Both the position numbers and the translations under genes were made by a program. From an uncultured virus (IMG/VR IMGVR_UViG_3300008120_009089) (lineage: Duplodnaviria > Heunggongvirae > Uroviricota > Caudoviricetes), in the IMG/VR virus record IMGVR_UViG_3300008120_009089: a stretch of 64,000 nucleotides of DNA; one strand, 5' to 3'. The notes beneath the pieces are model-generated. The model was not told the origin of the DNA and made no database searches. It worked only from the letters and a program-made list of their open reading frames with translations. Below are positions 9,064 through 18,811 of the stretch, one piece after another (position 1 is the stretch's first letter; each line of letters opens with the position of its first letter).

Positions 9064-11301
9064 TTATTCATAAGATGGGAATTTAGGTAAAAAAATTCGA
9101 GAATTCGCATTATCTGCGAATATTAAGTGTTTAGAATCATCTCCTATTATATACATATTAAGTATCTTATTGTGATAACTTTCTGGTATAATATCATTAA
9201 ATAATCTAATATTAGTTACTTTCATATCTGATCCAATCAATTTACAAGTATTGATTGTATCACTTTCGATTAGATATTCAAATGGTGTTATATCAGTTGT
9301 GTTATAATACACTTTTCTTAATATTGTACTAATTAAAGATCCTGCTCTTGATTCATCATCAACATTTCTCTTATAAATCCATTGATCAATCTTTCTTTGT
9401 CTTTGGTCAATATTAATAGTATAACAATACCAAACTCCTTCTTCTAAAGCCACAGTATCATTTGTCTCATAACCCATTAAATCAAAAGTATAAGTATCAG
9501 AGTTTAAAGTAACTGTAATTTTATCATTCTTTAAATCAAATTTATAACCTTGATTTGTAGCATCATTATAATTTGTAAATAAATTATAATTATCATCTAT
9601 TACATAATTATGTATATTAAACCATATATAATATGATAGATTGTCGGATTCTCTTAAATAATTTCTCATATTCAAATATTGAACACCTACTTCACCAAAA
9701 GTAATTGAAGCTAAGTCATAATTAGAACGTGATACAATAGTTGATGAATTTTCAATTAACTCTTTATCTATTGCAGCTGTATAAGATAGTCTTATAGGAT
9801 CTTTAGTAAGAGGTGCTAATTGTTCTTTATTTGCAATAGCGTTTTTAGCTTCATTAATATCATTCCCGAATAATTCATCAATTGTACTATTCTTAGTTAA
9901 CTTATCAACAGTTTGTTTAACATCATTATTAGAGTAATTGATATTTGCTGATTTGTTGAATTTTTTCAATATTAATTTGTAATAAACAGCAGAGTTGTTA
10001 AAATTTCTAAATTGCTGTGCATGATCTACTGTAAATAATCTATTTATGTCACAGAAATAAAGAAAATCTTCTTTAGCTGGTCTTCTTTGTGGACCAAATA
10101 TTTCTTTAAACTGTTGCTTAGTTATATGAACCTGCATAGTTTCAAATAGATTTAAATCAAATTGATTCATCACTATTTGAGAGTCAGGAAAGTTGTTTTG
10201 ATCGACAGAAACTTTTAAATCTCCTTGACAAACAACATTATATAATTGATATTCATTAAATATTTTATCTTCACCTTTTTTATCTGGATCTGTAGCAAAA
10301 TAAATTACTTTATGACCAAATACTTGTTGAGCATCATTACTTAACTTTTGTAGTAAATTCATTGCTGAATTTTGTTGATATGGATTATATAGATTTGCTT
10401 TATCATCAGTTGATAACTGAGGTAAATTACTACCATCCGTAGCACAATTCTGACCATTAATACCTGTTGTATTTGAAGCTGGTACAAAATTCCCGTTAGC
10501 GTCTGTGTAACCCAACATATTAGACTGACAACATTCTCTAATTCCAAATAAATTTGTTTTAAAATAATCTTTACTAACATTTTGAAAGTCACCAATTAAG
10601 TTAATATCTTGTATAGTTACTGTTGAATTTGAGTTATTTGTTATACTATATTCTATTTGAAAAAATCTAATTGGATTTATTCTCAATGTTGAAATGTTTT
10701 GTGTTGTTAAAAACTCCCAGTTAGACCATGTTTTACTATTATCTTGTGAAAATCTATATTTAATATCAACATTAGTTAAGTTACTACCAGATATTATTTC
10801 TATATCAGTTATTCTAAAAACTTTATAAATAAAAGGAGCTTTCATTATAATTGTTTTACCAGATGCAATACTTATTGTCGAACCATCGGTTACTTCTTCT
10901 CTTTCTAATTCACCCTCTAATGAATATTCCAAAAGCTTAACATTTCCAATATCAGAAGTACCAGTTCTAACCCATTTAATCTCTAAATACATCGGAAATG
11001 CAGCCGACCAATCAGGAAAGTTTTCAAAATATTTTGTTAAATCTAACCAAGCAGACCAATCATAACCATTTCTAGATATTCTATAATAATGTTTTAAATA
11101 TCTAGTTGGTGTTAATCCTAAAGTATCATAACTAAATTTTGTAAATCTCTTAACATTTTGTAAATTTGGAAAAGATAAAATATATTCACTATCTATACTT
11201 GTAAATATAGGAGTAGCATTTGATGCTGTAGCAGAAGCTGTTATATCAAATTTATTTGATATTAATATTTTACCAGCTAACTCGTCATATTTTATTTGCA
11301 T
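9064..11301 (-). CDS. gp14-like neck/head-closure protein with extra N-terminal and C-terminal (LamG-like) domains
   Basis: Central FGHKVIYF...QFDL...F...P.KEDFLYF..INRLF.V...YYKL pattern resembles T4 gp14. Confidence 0.6.
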   Translation of the reverse strand: MQIKYDELAGKILISNKFDITASATASNATPIFTSIDSEYILSFPNLQNVKRFTKFSYDTLGLTPTRYLKHYYRISRNGYDWSAWLDLTKYFENFPDWSAAFPMYLEIKWVRTGTSDIGNVKLLEYSLEGELEREEVTDGSTISIASGKTIIMKAPFIYKVFRITDIEIISGSNLTNVDIKYRFSQDNSKTWSNWEFLTTQNISTLRINPIRFFQIEYSITNNSNSTVTIQDINLIGDFQNVSKDYFKTNLFGIRECCQSNMLGYTDANGNFVPASNTTGINGQNCATDGSNLPQLSTDDKANLYNPYQQNSAMNLLQKLSNDAQQVFGHKVIYFATDPDKKGEDKIFNEYQLYNVVCQGDLKVSVDQNNFPDSQIVMNQFDLNLFETMQVHITKQQFKEIFGPQRRPAKEDFLYFCDINRLFTVDHAQQFRNFNNSAVYYKLILKKFNKSANINYSNNDVKQTVDKLTKNSTIDELFGNDINEAKNAIANKEQLAPLTKDPIRLSYTAAIDKELIENSSTIVSRSNYDLASITFGEVGVQYLNMRNYLRESDNLSYYIWFNIHNYVIDDNYNLFTNYNDATNQGYKFDLKNDKITVTLNSDTYTFDLMGYETNDTVALEEGVWYCYTINIDQRQRKIDQWIYKRNVDDESRAGSLISTILRKVYYNTTDITPFEYLIESDTINTCKLIGSDMKVTNIRLFNDIIPESYHNKILNMYIIGDDSKHLIFADNANSRIFLPKFPSYE

Positions 11302-11424
11302 AACATATATATTAAATTATAAAACTTACTTAAATTTTTTATTTAAAATAATTCTAAATAATTTTGTGGATAAATAAATAATATCTATATTTGTATTATA
11401 AATAAGAAACTAAAAAAAAGAGCG

Positions 11425-12660
11425 ATGAATATCAAAGAGAAATTTTTAGAATTAACATCAAGAACATATCCAAATGGTACAGAAGAACAATTGTTTCCAA
11501 TTCTACATTCTACTGTTGATGGTTTACAAACTGATGAATTCGGTAACCTCTTTATTAAGATAGGTGAGAGTGACGTGATGTTTACATCACACTTAGATAC
11601 TGCTACTTCCGCTTTATCTCCAGTAAAACACGTTATTGAAGAAAACATAATCAAAACAGATGGTACTTCTATCTTAGGTGCTGATGATAAAGCTGGTGTG
11701 ACTATTATGTTGTATATGATTAAAAACAACATCCCAGGTCTTTACTACTTTTTCTTAGGTGAAGAAGTTGGTTGTATCGGTTCTAAGAAAGTTGCTGAAG
11801 TTCAAAAGAAAGAAAAAATTGAAGGTATTAACAAAGTTGTTTCTTTTGATAGACGTGGTACTTCTTCAATTATCACACACCAAACTTCTAGACGTTGTTG
11901 TTCAGAAGAATTCGGTGAAGCTCTTTCTAAACAATTCAATGAAGTTGAATCAACATTTGATTATAAAAATGACGATACTGGTGTTTTAACTGACTCTGTA
12001 CAATTTATCTCAATCTATCCAGAGTGTACAAACATTTCAGTTGGTTATTATAGTGAACACACTTTTTCCGAAAGACAAGATATTGATCACTTAACAAAAT
12101 TAGCTGAAGCTTGTTTAAAAGTAAATTGGGCTGAACTTCCAGTTAAACGTGACCCTTCTGTTACAGAATATAAATCATACAAAAGCTACGGATCTTACTG
12201 GGATGATGATTACGGTTATGGATATGGTAGAAGTTACACATCTTCTTGGAATTCTACAAGTGTGAGTAAAGTTAAAACAGAAAATGTTTGGTTCCACGAT
12301 AGAAAATACAACTACTTGTCTAAAGTAGAGATTGAATCTTTATCTAAGAAAGTTGTGTCAGTTGATTTATGTAAAGAGCGTATCTCTTATGAGCAAAACT
12401 TAATTGAAGATTTACTTGTATCATTGGATATTGAGTATATTGATACTGAATGGGATGGTTTCAAATTAACAGTTTACTACAAATTGAACCACAAAACAGA
12501 TTGTACACGTAACGACTTGTTAGAGTACTTACCTGAATTAGACTACTCAAATGGTGATGATTTAGGTGAAGCAACAGTTACTCCTGGTGGAAACTTACCA
12601 AGTAAAACTGATGATGAATATGATTGGGGAGCTTGGGGTGGTTACTGTGACTCTTTCTAA
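11425..12660 (+). CDS. M28/M42-family zinc peptidase
   Basis: SHLDT, LGADDKAG, GEEVG, SFDRRG, GYYSEH. Confidence 0.85.
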   Translation: MNIKEKFLELTSRTYPNGTEEQLFPILHSTVDGLQTDEFGNLFIKIGESDVMFTSHLDTATSALSPVKHVIEENIIKTDGTSILGADDKAGVTIMLYMIKNNIPGLYYFFLGEEVGCIGSKKVAEVQKKEKIEGINKVVSFDRRGTSSIITHQTSRRCCSEEFGEALSKQFNEVESTFDYKNDDTGVLTDSVQFISIYPECTNISVGYYSEHTFSERQDIDHLTKLAEACLKVNWAELPVKRDPSVTEYKSYKSYGSYWDDDYGYGYGRSYTSSWNSTSVSKVKTENVWFHDRKYNYLSKVEIESLSKKVVSVDLCKERISYEQNLIEDLLVSLDIEYIDTEWDGFKLTVYYKLNHKTDCTRNDLLEYLPELDYSNGDDLGEATVTPGGNLPSKTDDEYDWGAWGGYCDSF

Positions 12661-12672
12661 TAATAACTAATG

Positions 12673-12703
12673 AAAAAGACTGATCTAAAAATCAGTCTTT
12701 TTC
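12673..12703. terminator. intrinsic terminator
   Basis: aaaagactgat-ctaaaa-atcagtctttt. Confidence 0.75.
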
Positions 12704-12743
12704 ACTTTTTAATACTATAATATATATAAACAAAAGTTTTTAT

Positions 12744-12917
12744 ATGGCTAAGAATGGGGATATAATTTTTCTTGAAAGAAGGCTTCAAGAATTATTAGAG
12801 AAGGAGGATTACGAAAGAGCTGCTATCGTAAAAAGATGGATTGATGAATTAACTATTTTTTACGATAAAAAAAAGAAAATTTTGGAAGATGATTTATCTA
12901 AAAACAAACAAAGATAA
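12744..12917 (+). CDS. stand-alone UVR-motif mini-protein
   Basis: Not in the ORF track. 57 aa MAKNGDIIFLERRLQELLEKEDYERAAIVKRWIDEL... Confidence 0.65.
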   Translation: MAKNGDIIFLERRLQELLEKEDYERAAIVKRWIDELTIFYDKKKKILEDDLSKNKQR

Positions 12918-13167
12918 TATAGTTTCAATTTCAAGAGAAAATATAAAAAGTCAACAAGATGAATTTCCTAGATACGTTGAATTTGTTGATAGTGTTATTA
13001 TAGAAAGTTACGATTCAATCGATACTTTGAAGTTTAAAGATATTAACCCTATAATTACAATAAACATAAATTCAACTATTCAATATAGAGTAGAGTACAA
13101 AGGTGATCCAGATGATTTTTTAAAATCAATTATTAGAGACAACAAACTAAACGATTTATTAAAATGA
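12889..13167 (+). CDS. hypothetical protein, C-terminal IRDNKLNDLLK
   Basis: ORF plus shared C-terminal motif. Confidence 0.65.
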   Translation: MIYLKTNKDNIVSISRENIKSQQDEFPRYVEFVDSVIIESYDSIDTLKFKDINPIITININSTIQYRVEYKGDPDDFLKSIIRDNKLNDLLK

Positions 13168-13508
13168 TAAAAGGTAGAGTTCTTTATGATTCTGATATAA
13201 AAGATCATAATAAATTAGGAGTTTATGGTATTTTTGATACCAAAAAAGTAACTTGGGAATATTTTGTTATATCTTATATTTCTAAAAACAATGAAATATC
13301 ATTAACGGCTGAAATATGTACCTATGGAAATACAAAACCAACTTTTGATGATATTAAAAGATATGGGTTAAAAGTAAATGAAATTGAAGTTGGTAAAAAA
13401 TTCATTTTAGATTATAAATCTAAATGGGAAAGTGGATTAAATGTAACAACACAAGAAGATAGAGATAGAAAACTAAACGAAATTTTAGACAATGAGAACA
13501 CTAACTGA
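13164..13508 (+). CDS. hypothetical protein, C-terminal DRDRKLNEILD
   Basis: ORF plus shared motif. Confidence 0.65.
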   Translation: MIKGRVLYDSDIKDHNKLGVYGIFDTKKVTWEYFVISYISKNNEISLTAEICTYGNTKPTFDDIKRYGLKVNEIEVGKKFILDYKSKWESGLNVTTQEDRDRKLNEILDNENTN

Positions 13509-13743
13509 AATATACAATAACAAATACGATGTAAGAGAATCAGAAATTCCTAGAGAGTTTTACAAAAGCTTTCAAGAATTCATGTTTGGATCAACTTGTT
13601 ACAAAGACGATTCCTCTGGTGAGGATGAATTTGTTTATTACATATCAGATTTTAAAATGTGGTATAGACTTAACATAAAAGAAATAGAATTATACGAAAA
13701 AAGACAAGAAAGAGATGATAAAATTAATAAATTATTAGATTAA
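13492..13743 (+). CDS. hypothetical protein, C-terminal ERDDKINKLLD
   Basis: ORF plus shared motif. Confidence 0.65.
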   Translation: MRTLTEIYNNKYDVRESEIPREFYKSFQEFMFGSTCYKDDSSGEDEFVYYISDFKMWYRLNIKEIELYEKRQERDDKINKLLD

Positions 13744-13780
13744 TTTATATCATGATGTTACATGTTTTTATATATAGCTT

Positions 13781-14233
13781 ATGTATCAAGTATTTAAAAT
13801 GATATTTACACAAAATTCATATGAATTGAACAATGAGTACTCAAAATTATCTGAGCACGAAAAAGAAACAATTGCAAATATTTTACCAGATGGTTATTTT
13901 GAATTTAATGATAAATTAGAACAATTTAATTTATTTTTGATAATAACTAAAGAAGATTTAGATAGATATGCTAAAATACTTGATGAAAATTTTATTCGTT
14001 TTAAATTAAAAAATATAACTAAGGATCTTTTAAATGGACTAGACATTCAAGAACATTTAAAAGATTATATAAATCCTTTAAATAGACATCGATTCAATAC
14101 CTTTAAAATGAAGTTAGAAGAATGGATAAATCAAAATTTAGACATAGATACTATTTTAGATAGAATAAATCAAATTGGTATTGAAAATCTAACTAAATTA
14201 GAAATAAAGTTTTTGGATAATTATAAAGTTTAA
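13781..14233 (+). CDS. hypothetical protein with C-terminal DUF6576-like motif
   Basis: IDTILDRINQIGIENLTKLEIKFL. Confidence 0.6.
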   Translation: MYQVFKMIFTQNSYELNNEYSKLSEHEKETIANILPDGYFEFNDKLEQFNLFLIITKEDLDRYAKILDENFIRFKLKNITKDLLNGLDIQEHLKDYINPLNRHRFNTFKMKLEEWINQNLDIDTILDRINQIGIENLTKLEIKFLDNYKV

Positions 14234-14267
14234 TGTATATTTGTAAATAACTCTAAAAAAAAATATT

Positions 14268-14435
14268 ATGAAATCACTTTTTATTAAAGCATTAAGACCT
14301 GTTCTTCAAATTTACGCTAACTTCTTAATCACACAATTAGAAACTGATAATTTAGACTTATATGAACATTATATGTCACAAGCTGTTTTATTAGATTTCT
14401 GTGCAACTGAATACTATGATATTTATTTAGACTAA
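14268..14435 (+). CDS. small hypothetical protein (55 aa)
   Basis: Not in the ORF track. MKSLFIKALRPVLQIYANFL...; follows TATATTTG (14236) and is TAATG-coupled to the next gene. Confidence 0.55.
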   Translation: MKSLFIKALRPVLQIYANFLITQLETDNLDLYEHYMSQAVLLDFCATEYYDIYLD

Positions 14436-14812
14436 TGAAAAAATTATACTTAGACGATTTAAGAATACCAAAAGACTCTATCGGATTTGTTCCAGATAAT
14501 TTAAACCAATTTTATTGGGCTAACGACTGGACTATCGTTAGAAACTTTTGGGAGTTCTGTAATTATATCCAAAAGTTTGGATTACCAGACTTTATTTCTT
14601 TCGATCATGATTTAGCTGACGAACACTATGTTAGTGACGTTAACTATAATGATTATAAAGAAAAAACTGGATATGAGGCAGCAAAATGGTTAGTTGATTG
14701 GTGTTTTGATAACAAAAAATCATTACCAGATTTTGTTGTACATTCGGCTAATACTGTTGGTAAAGTAAATATTGAAAGTTATTTAAATAACGCTAAAAAA
14801 CATTTACTATGA
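14435..14812 (+). CDS. cyclic-phosphate processing receiver-like domain protein
   Basis: LYLDDLR, ISFDHDL, TGYEAAKWL, VHSAN. Confidence 0.8.
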   Translation: MKKLYLDDLRIPKDSIGFVPDNLNQFYWANDWTIVRNFWEFCNYIQKFGLPDFISFDHDLADEHYVSDVNYNDYKEKTGYEAAKWLVDWCFDNKKSLPDFVVHSANTVGKVNIESYLNNAKKHLL

Positions 14813-15120
14813 ATTTTTTAAAGGCTCACTTAGTAGCAAACATTAAAAGACTTTATAAAGATTATGAAACTAAATTAGGATTAGATCCTAGTGTTAAATT
14901 TTTATATCTTGATGAACCAGTATTAACCACTAAGAAAAAAATTAATAGAATTAATGCTTGGTACCCATATGCTTTAGATGAAGTTGTAAATAGTGGTTGG
15001 CATGATTTAAAAGGTGGTGAGATAAAAGAGATTTGGCAAAAAATTAAAAGTAATAAAGTCTATGTTGTAAAAAACATTGGTGGTAAATTCTATAAAGTGA
15101 GAAAAAAAGATGATATTTAA
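14809..15120 (+). CDS. hypothetical protein
   Basis: ORF 103 aa within an operon. Confidence 0.55.
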   Translation: MNFLKAHLVANIKRLYKDYETKLGLDPSVKFLYLDEPVLTTKKKINRINAWYPYALDEVVNSGWHDLKGGEIKEIWQKIKSNKVYVVKNIGGKFYKVRKKDDI

Positions 15121-15880
15121 TTTAAGAGATATTAACTTCTATTATAATGGTGTTAGTGAAGATCACAATGTCACATATGATTGTGAGAATAATGGATGCC
15201 ATGATGAAGGTATATGTCGTTGTGGTATGATAACAGATGTTTATATCACAGATGTTGATATTACTCGTATATCAAATATTATTTATGATACTATCAATGA
15301 TGGTGATAATGATTTATCAATAAAGAGAAATGTTAAGTTAGATCTTTTGCTAAATGGTTATGGAAAAGATATGGATCTTTATATGATAGATCGTATTCTT
15401 AGAAAATGGAAAGTATATGATCCGAATTCTTGGGATGTTGATATTTGTGGTGGATATTATGGTCAAGAAATCGAAGATATTTTACTTAAACAAAATATCT
15501 GTGATGAATTAAACTCAGAGATAATTAAAGCTCTTTCAATTGAACCTTTAGGTGAACGAGTTGAGTATCTCTTAAAATTAGAATATAATAAAATTCTACC
15601 TGAATTAAAAGAAAGTGAATGGTCATTAGAAATTGTTGATTTGGATAAAATTATTTTTGGTAGTGAACATCATGTAAAAAAATGTAAAAAAGAGATTGAG
15701 AAAGGATCTGTAAAATACAGAGGATATTTCTATGATGATAAAAATTATAACACGGTATTAACTAAGTTAATAAGAGGTGTTGCCATTAAAAAAGGAGATA
15801 ATTATAGATTGATTGATGGATACCATCGTTGTTTATCAACCGGAAATAACAGAGTTAAACTTTTGATTGCTAAAAAATAA
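15110..15880 (+). CDS. hypothetical protein with Cys cluster and C-terminal ParB/Srx-like motif
   Basis: C..GC..EGICRC; YRLIDGYHR; internal KRNVKLDLLL. Confidence 0.55.
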   Translation: MIFNLRDINFYYNGVSEDHNVTYDCENNGCHDEGICRCGMITDVYITDVDITRISNIIYDTINDGDNDLSIKRNVKLDLLLNGYGKDMDLYMIDRILRKWKVYDPNSWDVDICGGYYGQEIEDILLKQNICDELNSEIIKALSIEPLGERVEYLLKLEYNKILPELKESEWSLEIVDLDKIIFGSEHHVKKCKKEIEKGSVKYRGYFYDDKNYNTVLTKLIRGVAIKKGDNYRLIDGYHRCLSTGNNRVKLLIAKK

Positions 15881-15896
15881 TTATTATATTTGTATT

Positions 15897-16364
15897 ATGA
15901 AAGCTAAAATATTTATATTGATTGGAGTACCAATGTCAGGTAAATCAACTTGGGTAAGAGAAAACTACCCAAACACTAAAGTTATATCTAGAGATGATAT
16001 AGTTTTAGAAGTACATGGATCTAACGATTATAATAAAGCTTTTAATGAAGTTAATCAAAAAGAAGTTAATCGAATATTAGACGAACGCTTATTAGATGCT
16101 TCTAAATCAAACGAAGATGTTATCATAGATATGACTAACATGACTTCTAAAAGAAGAAGATCAACTCTTAAATATTTCACTGACTTCTACAAAGAAGCAG
16201 TTGTATTCCCCGTTTTATCAAACGAAGAATATGATAGAAGAAATAAAATAAGAACTGTTAACGAAAACAAATCAATACCATTAGCAGTTTTAAGAACTAT
16301 GCTTAACTCTTATCAATCACCAACCAAAGAAGAAGGATTTGATAAAATAACTGTATTAAAATAA
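15897..16364 (+). CDS. P-loop kinase (polynucleotide kinase/AAA_33-like)
   Basis: GVPMSGKST, ISRDD, VIIDMTN...RR, P...EGFD; ATG at 15897. Confidence 0.85.
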   Translation: MKAKIFILIGVPMSGKSTWVRENYPNTKVISRDDIVLEVHGSNDYNKAFNEVNQKEVNRILDERLLDASKSNEDVIIDMTNMTSKRRRSTLKYFTDFYKEAVVFPVLSNEEYDRRNKIRTVNENKSIPLAVLRTMLNSYQSPTKEEGFDKITVLK

Positions 16365-16366
16365 TT

Positions 16367-16714
16367 ATGATAACTGTTAAAAAAGCAATACAAGAATTAT
16401 CAGATGCTGTTACAGCATCTGGTAAATCATTAGAACAAATTGGAAAAGTCCCGGTATTTGAATATTTGAGGCAGGCTGGTATAAACCAGGATAGTTTCAA
16501 TGATATTTGGAATAAGTTGGTTGAATTACATACCAAACCAATTGTTACTGCGGTTGGGTCGAAAGTTGATTGGGGTACCGGAATTTCAGGAAAATCTGGT
16601 AATATGGGTACATCAGGACCAGTAGGTGTAATTCAAAATAATCCAGTACCTCAAGAAAAACAAAGAGTTCCGAGGAAATCAGTCTTTGGTGAGATTAAGA
16701 AAATAGCCGGGTAG
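16367..16714 (+). CDS. hypothetical protein
   Basis: ORF 115 aa. Confidence 0.55.
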   Translation: MITVKKAIQELSDAVTASGKSLEQIGKVPVFEYLRQAGINQDSFNDIWNKLVELHTKPIVTAVGSKVDWGTGISGKSGNMGTSGPVGVIQNNPVPQEKQRVPRKSVFGEIKKIAG

Positions 16715-16797
16715 TAAAAAAATACTAAAAATAACTCCATCATTATTTGGTGGAGTTAAACTTATGCCTTATATTTGTTATATAAATAATAAGACAT

Positions 16798-17160
16798 ATG
16801 ACAACTATCAACAACATCGACATTTCAAAATTAAAATACGTAGAAGGACAATTTATTCCATCTAAAGATTTTTCTGATTATATTGATGAAGATACAACGT
16901 ATGTTTCTGAAGAGGGTTATATCTACTTAGATAATGAAGATGATATCTGTGTTGATATTAAATTCGAACAAAATATTTCCGGTTATATTACAGGTTGTCC
17001 TGGAGACTACTGGACACCAGCTTCTTATTCAGCTGTTATTGAAGATGATAGTTTTGATATCTTATCTTTAGAAATTGATGGTGAAGAAGTTGAACTTACT
17101 AAAGAAATCGAAGAGATTTTAAACTCTATTGTTAGAGAGAAAATTTATGGAGTTAAATAA
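16798..17160 (+). CDS. acidic hypothetical protein (GDYWTP motif)
   Basis: ORF after TATATTTG (16770). Confidence 0.6.
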   Translation: MTTINNIDISKLKYVEGQFIPSKDFSDYIDEDTTYVSEEGYIYLDNEDDICVDIKFEQNISGYITGCPGDYWTPASYSAVIEDDSFDILSLEIDGEEVELTKEIEEILNSIVREKIYGVK

Positions 17161-17432
17161 TGAACAAGGAAATTATTGAACAGTATATACACGAATTATG
17201 TTATAAAAAATCATCATCTGAAAATCCATATTTAGATGTCAAGGATCTTAAAATAAATAAAATTGCTATTTTAAATGATGTTGTTGAGACTGTTTACTAT
17301 TTTAACTTAACAAGTCGAAAAGATCCTAATATAAAAATGGAAATAAAAGGACATCATAAATTCACAAAAAAAGATTTTATACCTTACTTGAGAGATAAAA
17401 GACTAGAAGATTTATTGAAATCCATAGACTAA
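17160..17432 (+). CDS. hypothetical protein, C-terminal LRDKRLEDLLK
   Basis: ORF plus shared motif. Confidence 0.6.
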   Translation: MNKEIIEQYIHELCYKKSSSENPYLDVKDLKINKIAILNDVVETVYYFNLTSRKDPNIKMEIKGHHKFTKKDFIPYLRDKRLEDLLKSID

Positions 17433-18766
17433 CTCTGTGGTTTCTTCTCTAAATTAATTTCAACACCTTCTTTTTTGAAGTAAGATGAAATCAATCCTTC
17501 TAAAACTAATAGTAAACAAATCAAACCAAATATCTTAATAACAGAATCCATTCCAGAAATATCTACTATTAACTTAGAGAATAACTTAAATACCAAATTC
17601 CAAGGTTCCTCTAATTGAGAAACTCCAAACTGAGTAAATATAACTTTACTTGGTGAATCAATTAAATTAGGAATACCTAATATAACAGCGTTTAATGCTG
17701 CGAATTCAAACACACCCGGACCACCTAATGCTTTTACAAAATTTGAAAGACCTTTTGCTGCATTTTTAGATATTAAATTTATAGAAGTTGAGATTAAAGC
17801 TTTCATAGGCGCTAATAACAAAAGAATAACTTTCAATACTAATTTCATCCACCATTTAGTTTTTCCTTCCTCTGGTGGTGAGGTTTGTTTCATATCTAAA
17901 AACCATTTCATAAACCAATCTTTAGCATCTAAAACTTTATCAGAAACACTTTTAACAGCCTTAACATCACCAACATTTTTAGTAAACTCATTTCCGTCTT
18001 TATCTTTGAAAGTTATAGTATCACCATCAATTTTAAAAATTTCTTTCTCAGCAGTTTCACCATTATCCCTTGTATAAGAAACTTTATCACCTACTTTAAA
18101 ATCCTCATTTATTGAGTAAAAACTTTTAAGAATATCAAATGATTCTAATTTTAATTCATCTTCTATATTTGAAACTTCAGCTTCAGCATCTGAGATAACT
18201 TTATCATCTACCGTTTCAATTTTTTTATTGAATGATGAAACAAACTTTGTTTTTAAAAAGTCAGTTGTTTGTTTAATGTTTGATAAATCACTTTTTAATT
18301 CTTCTTTGTCTATTTTCTTCTGAGTTATCAACTCAACTATTTTCTTGTCAATTGGTTGTTTGAATTGAGTTGTTATGTTCTTAACATTGTTTTGACTAAT
18401 ATTTAAAAGAACTTTTATAATTGCTTCAAAAAACTTTACAACACCTGATATTAAAGACTTCATACCTTCTTTAATCTTTAAAAGTTTTTCTTTTATAGTA
18501 GAAAACATTTTACCACCAACCTTTTTACCATTATCATAAACTGTTTTAAAGAAATCTTTAATTCCAAATTCTTCTTTCAATAAATCAATTTTATGACTTA
18601 TTAAATTCTCTTTAATGAATAATTTTTCTTCGTTAGTGAATATAGATGATCTTAAACTCATTTCCCATATCGAATTTGAGAAGTCATTAAATATCTGCTT
18701 TTCAATAATTGGAACCTGTTTTCTAACAGATTTTACAAATGATTTATAGTCTCTTATATAGTCCAT
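17429..18766 (-). CDS. hypothetical late protein with hydrophobic C-terminal helices
   Basis: 445 aa; TATATA box upstream; internal FKVGDKV small domain. Confidence 0.6.
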   Translation of the reverse strand: MDYIRDYKSFVKSVRKQVPIIEKQIFNDFSNSIWEMSLRSSIFTNEEKLFIKENLISHKIDLLKEEFGIKDFFKTVYDNGKKVGGKMFSTIKEKLLKIKEGMKSLISGVVKFFEAIIKVLLNISQNNVKNITTQFKQPIDKKIVELITQKKIDKEELKSDLSNIKQTTDFLKTKFVSSFNKKIETVDDKVISDAEAEVSNIEDELKLESFDILKSFYSINEDFKVGDKVSYTRDNGETAEKEIFKIDGDTITFKDKDGNEFTKNVGDVKAVKSVSDKVLDAKDWFMKWFLDMKQTSPPEEGKTKWWMKLVLKVILLLLAPMKALISTSINLISKNAAKGLSNFVKALGGPGVFEFAALNAVILGIPNLIDSPSKVIFTQFGVSQLEEPWNLVFKLFSKLIVDISGMDSVIKIFGLICLLLVLEGLISSYFKKEGVEINLEKKPQS

Positions 18767-18811
18767 AGATTATATATTAAAAATAGAATTCTTAATTTTA
18801 ATATATAAAAT

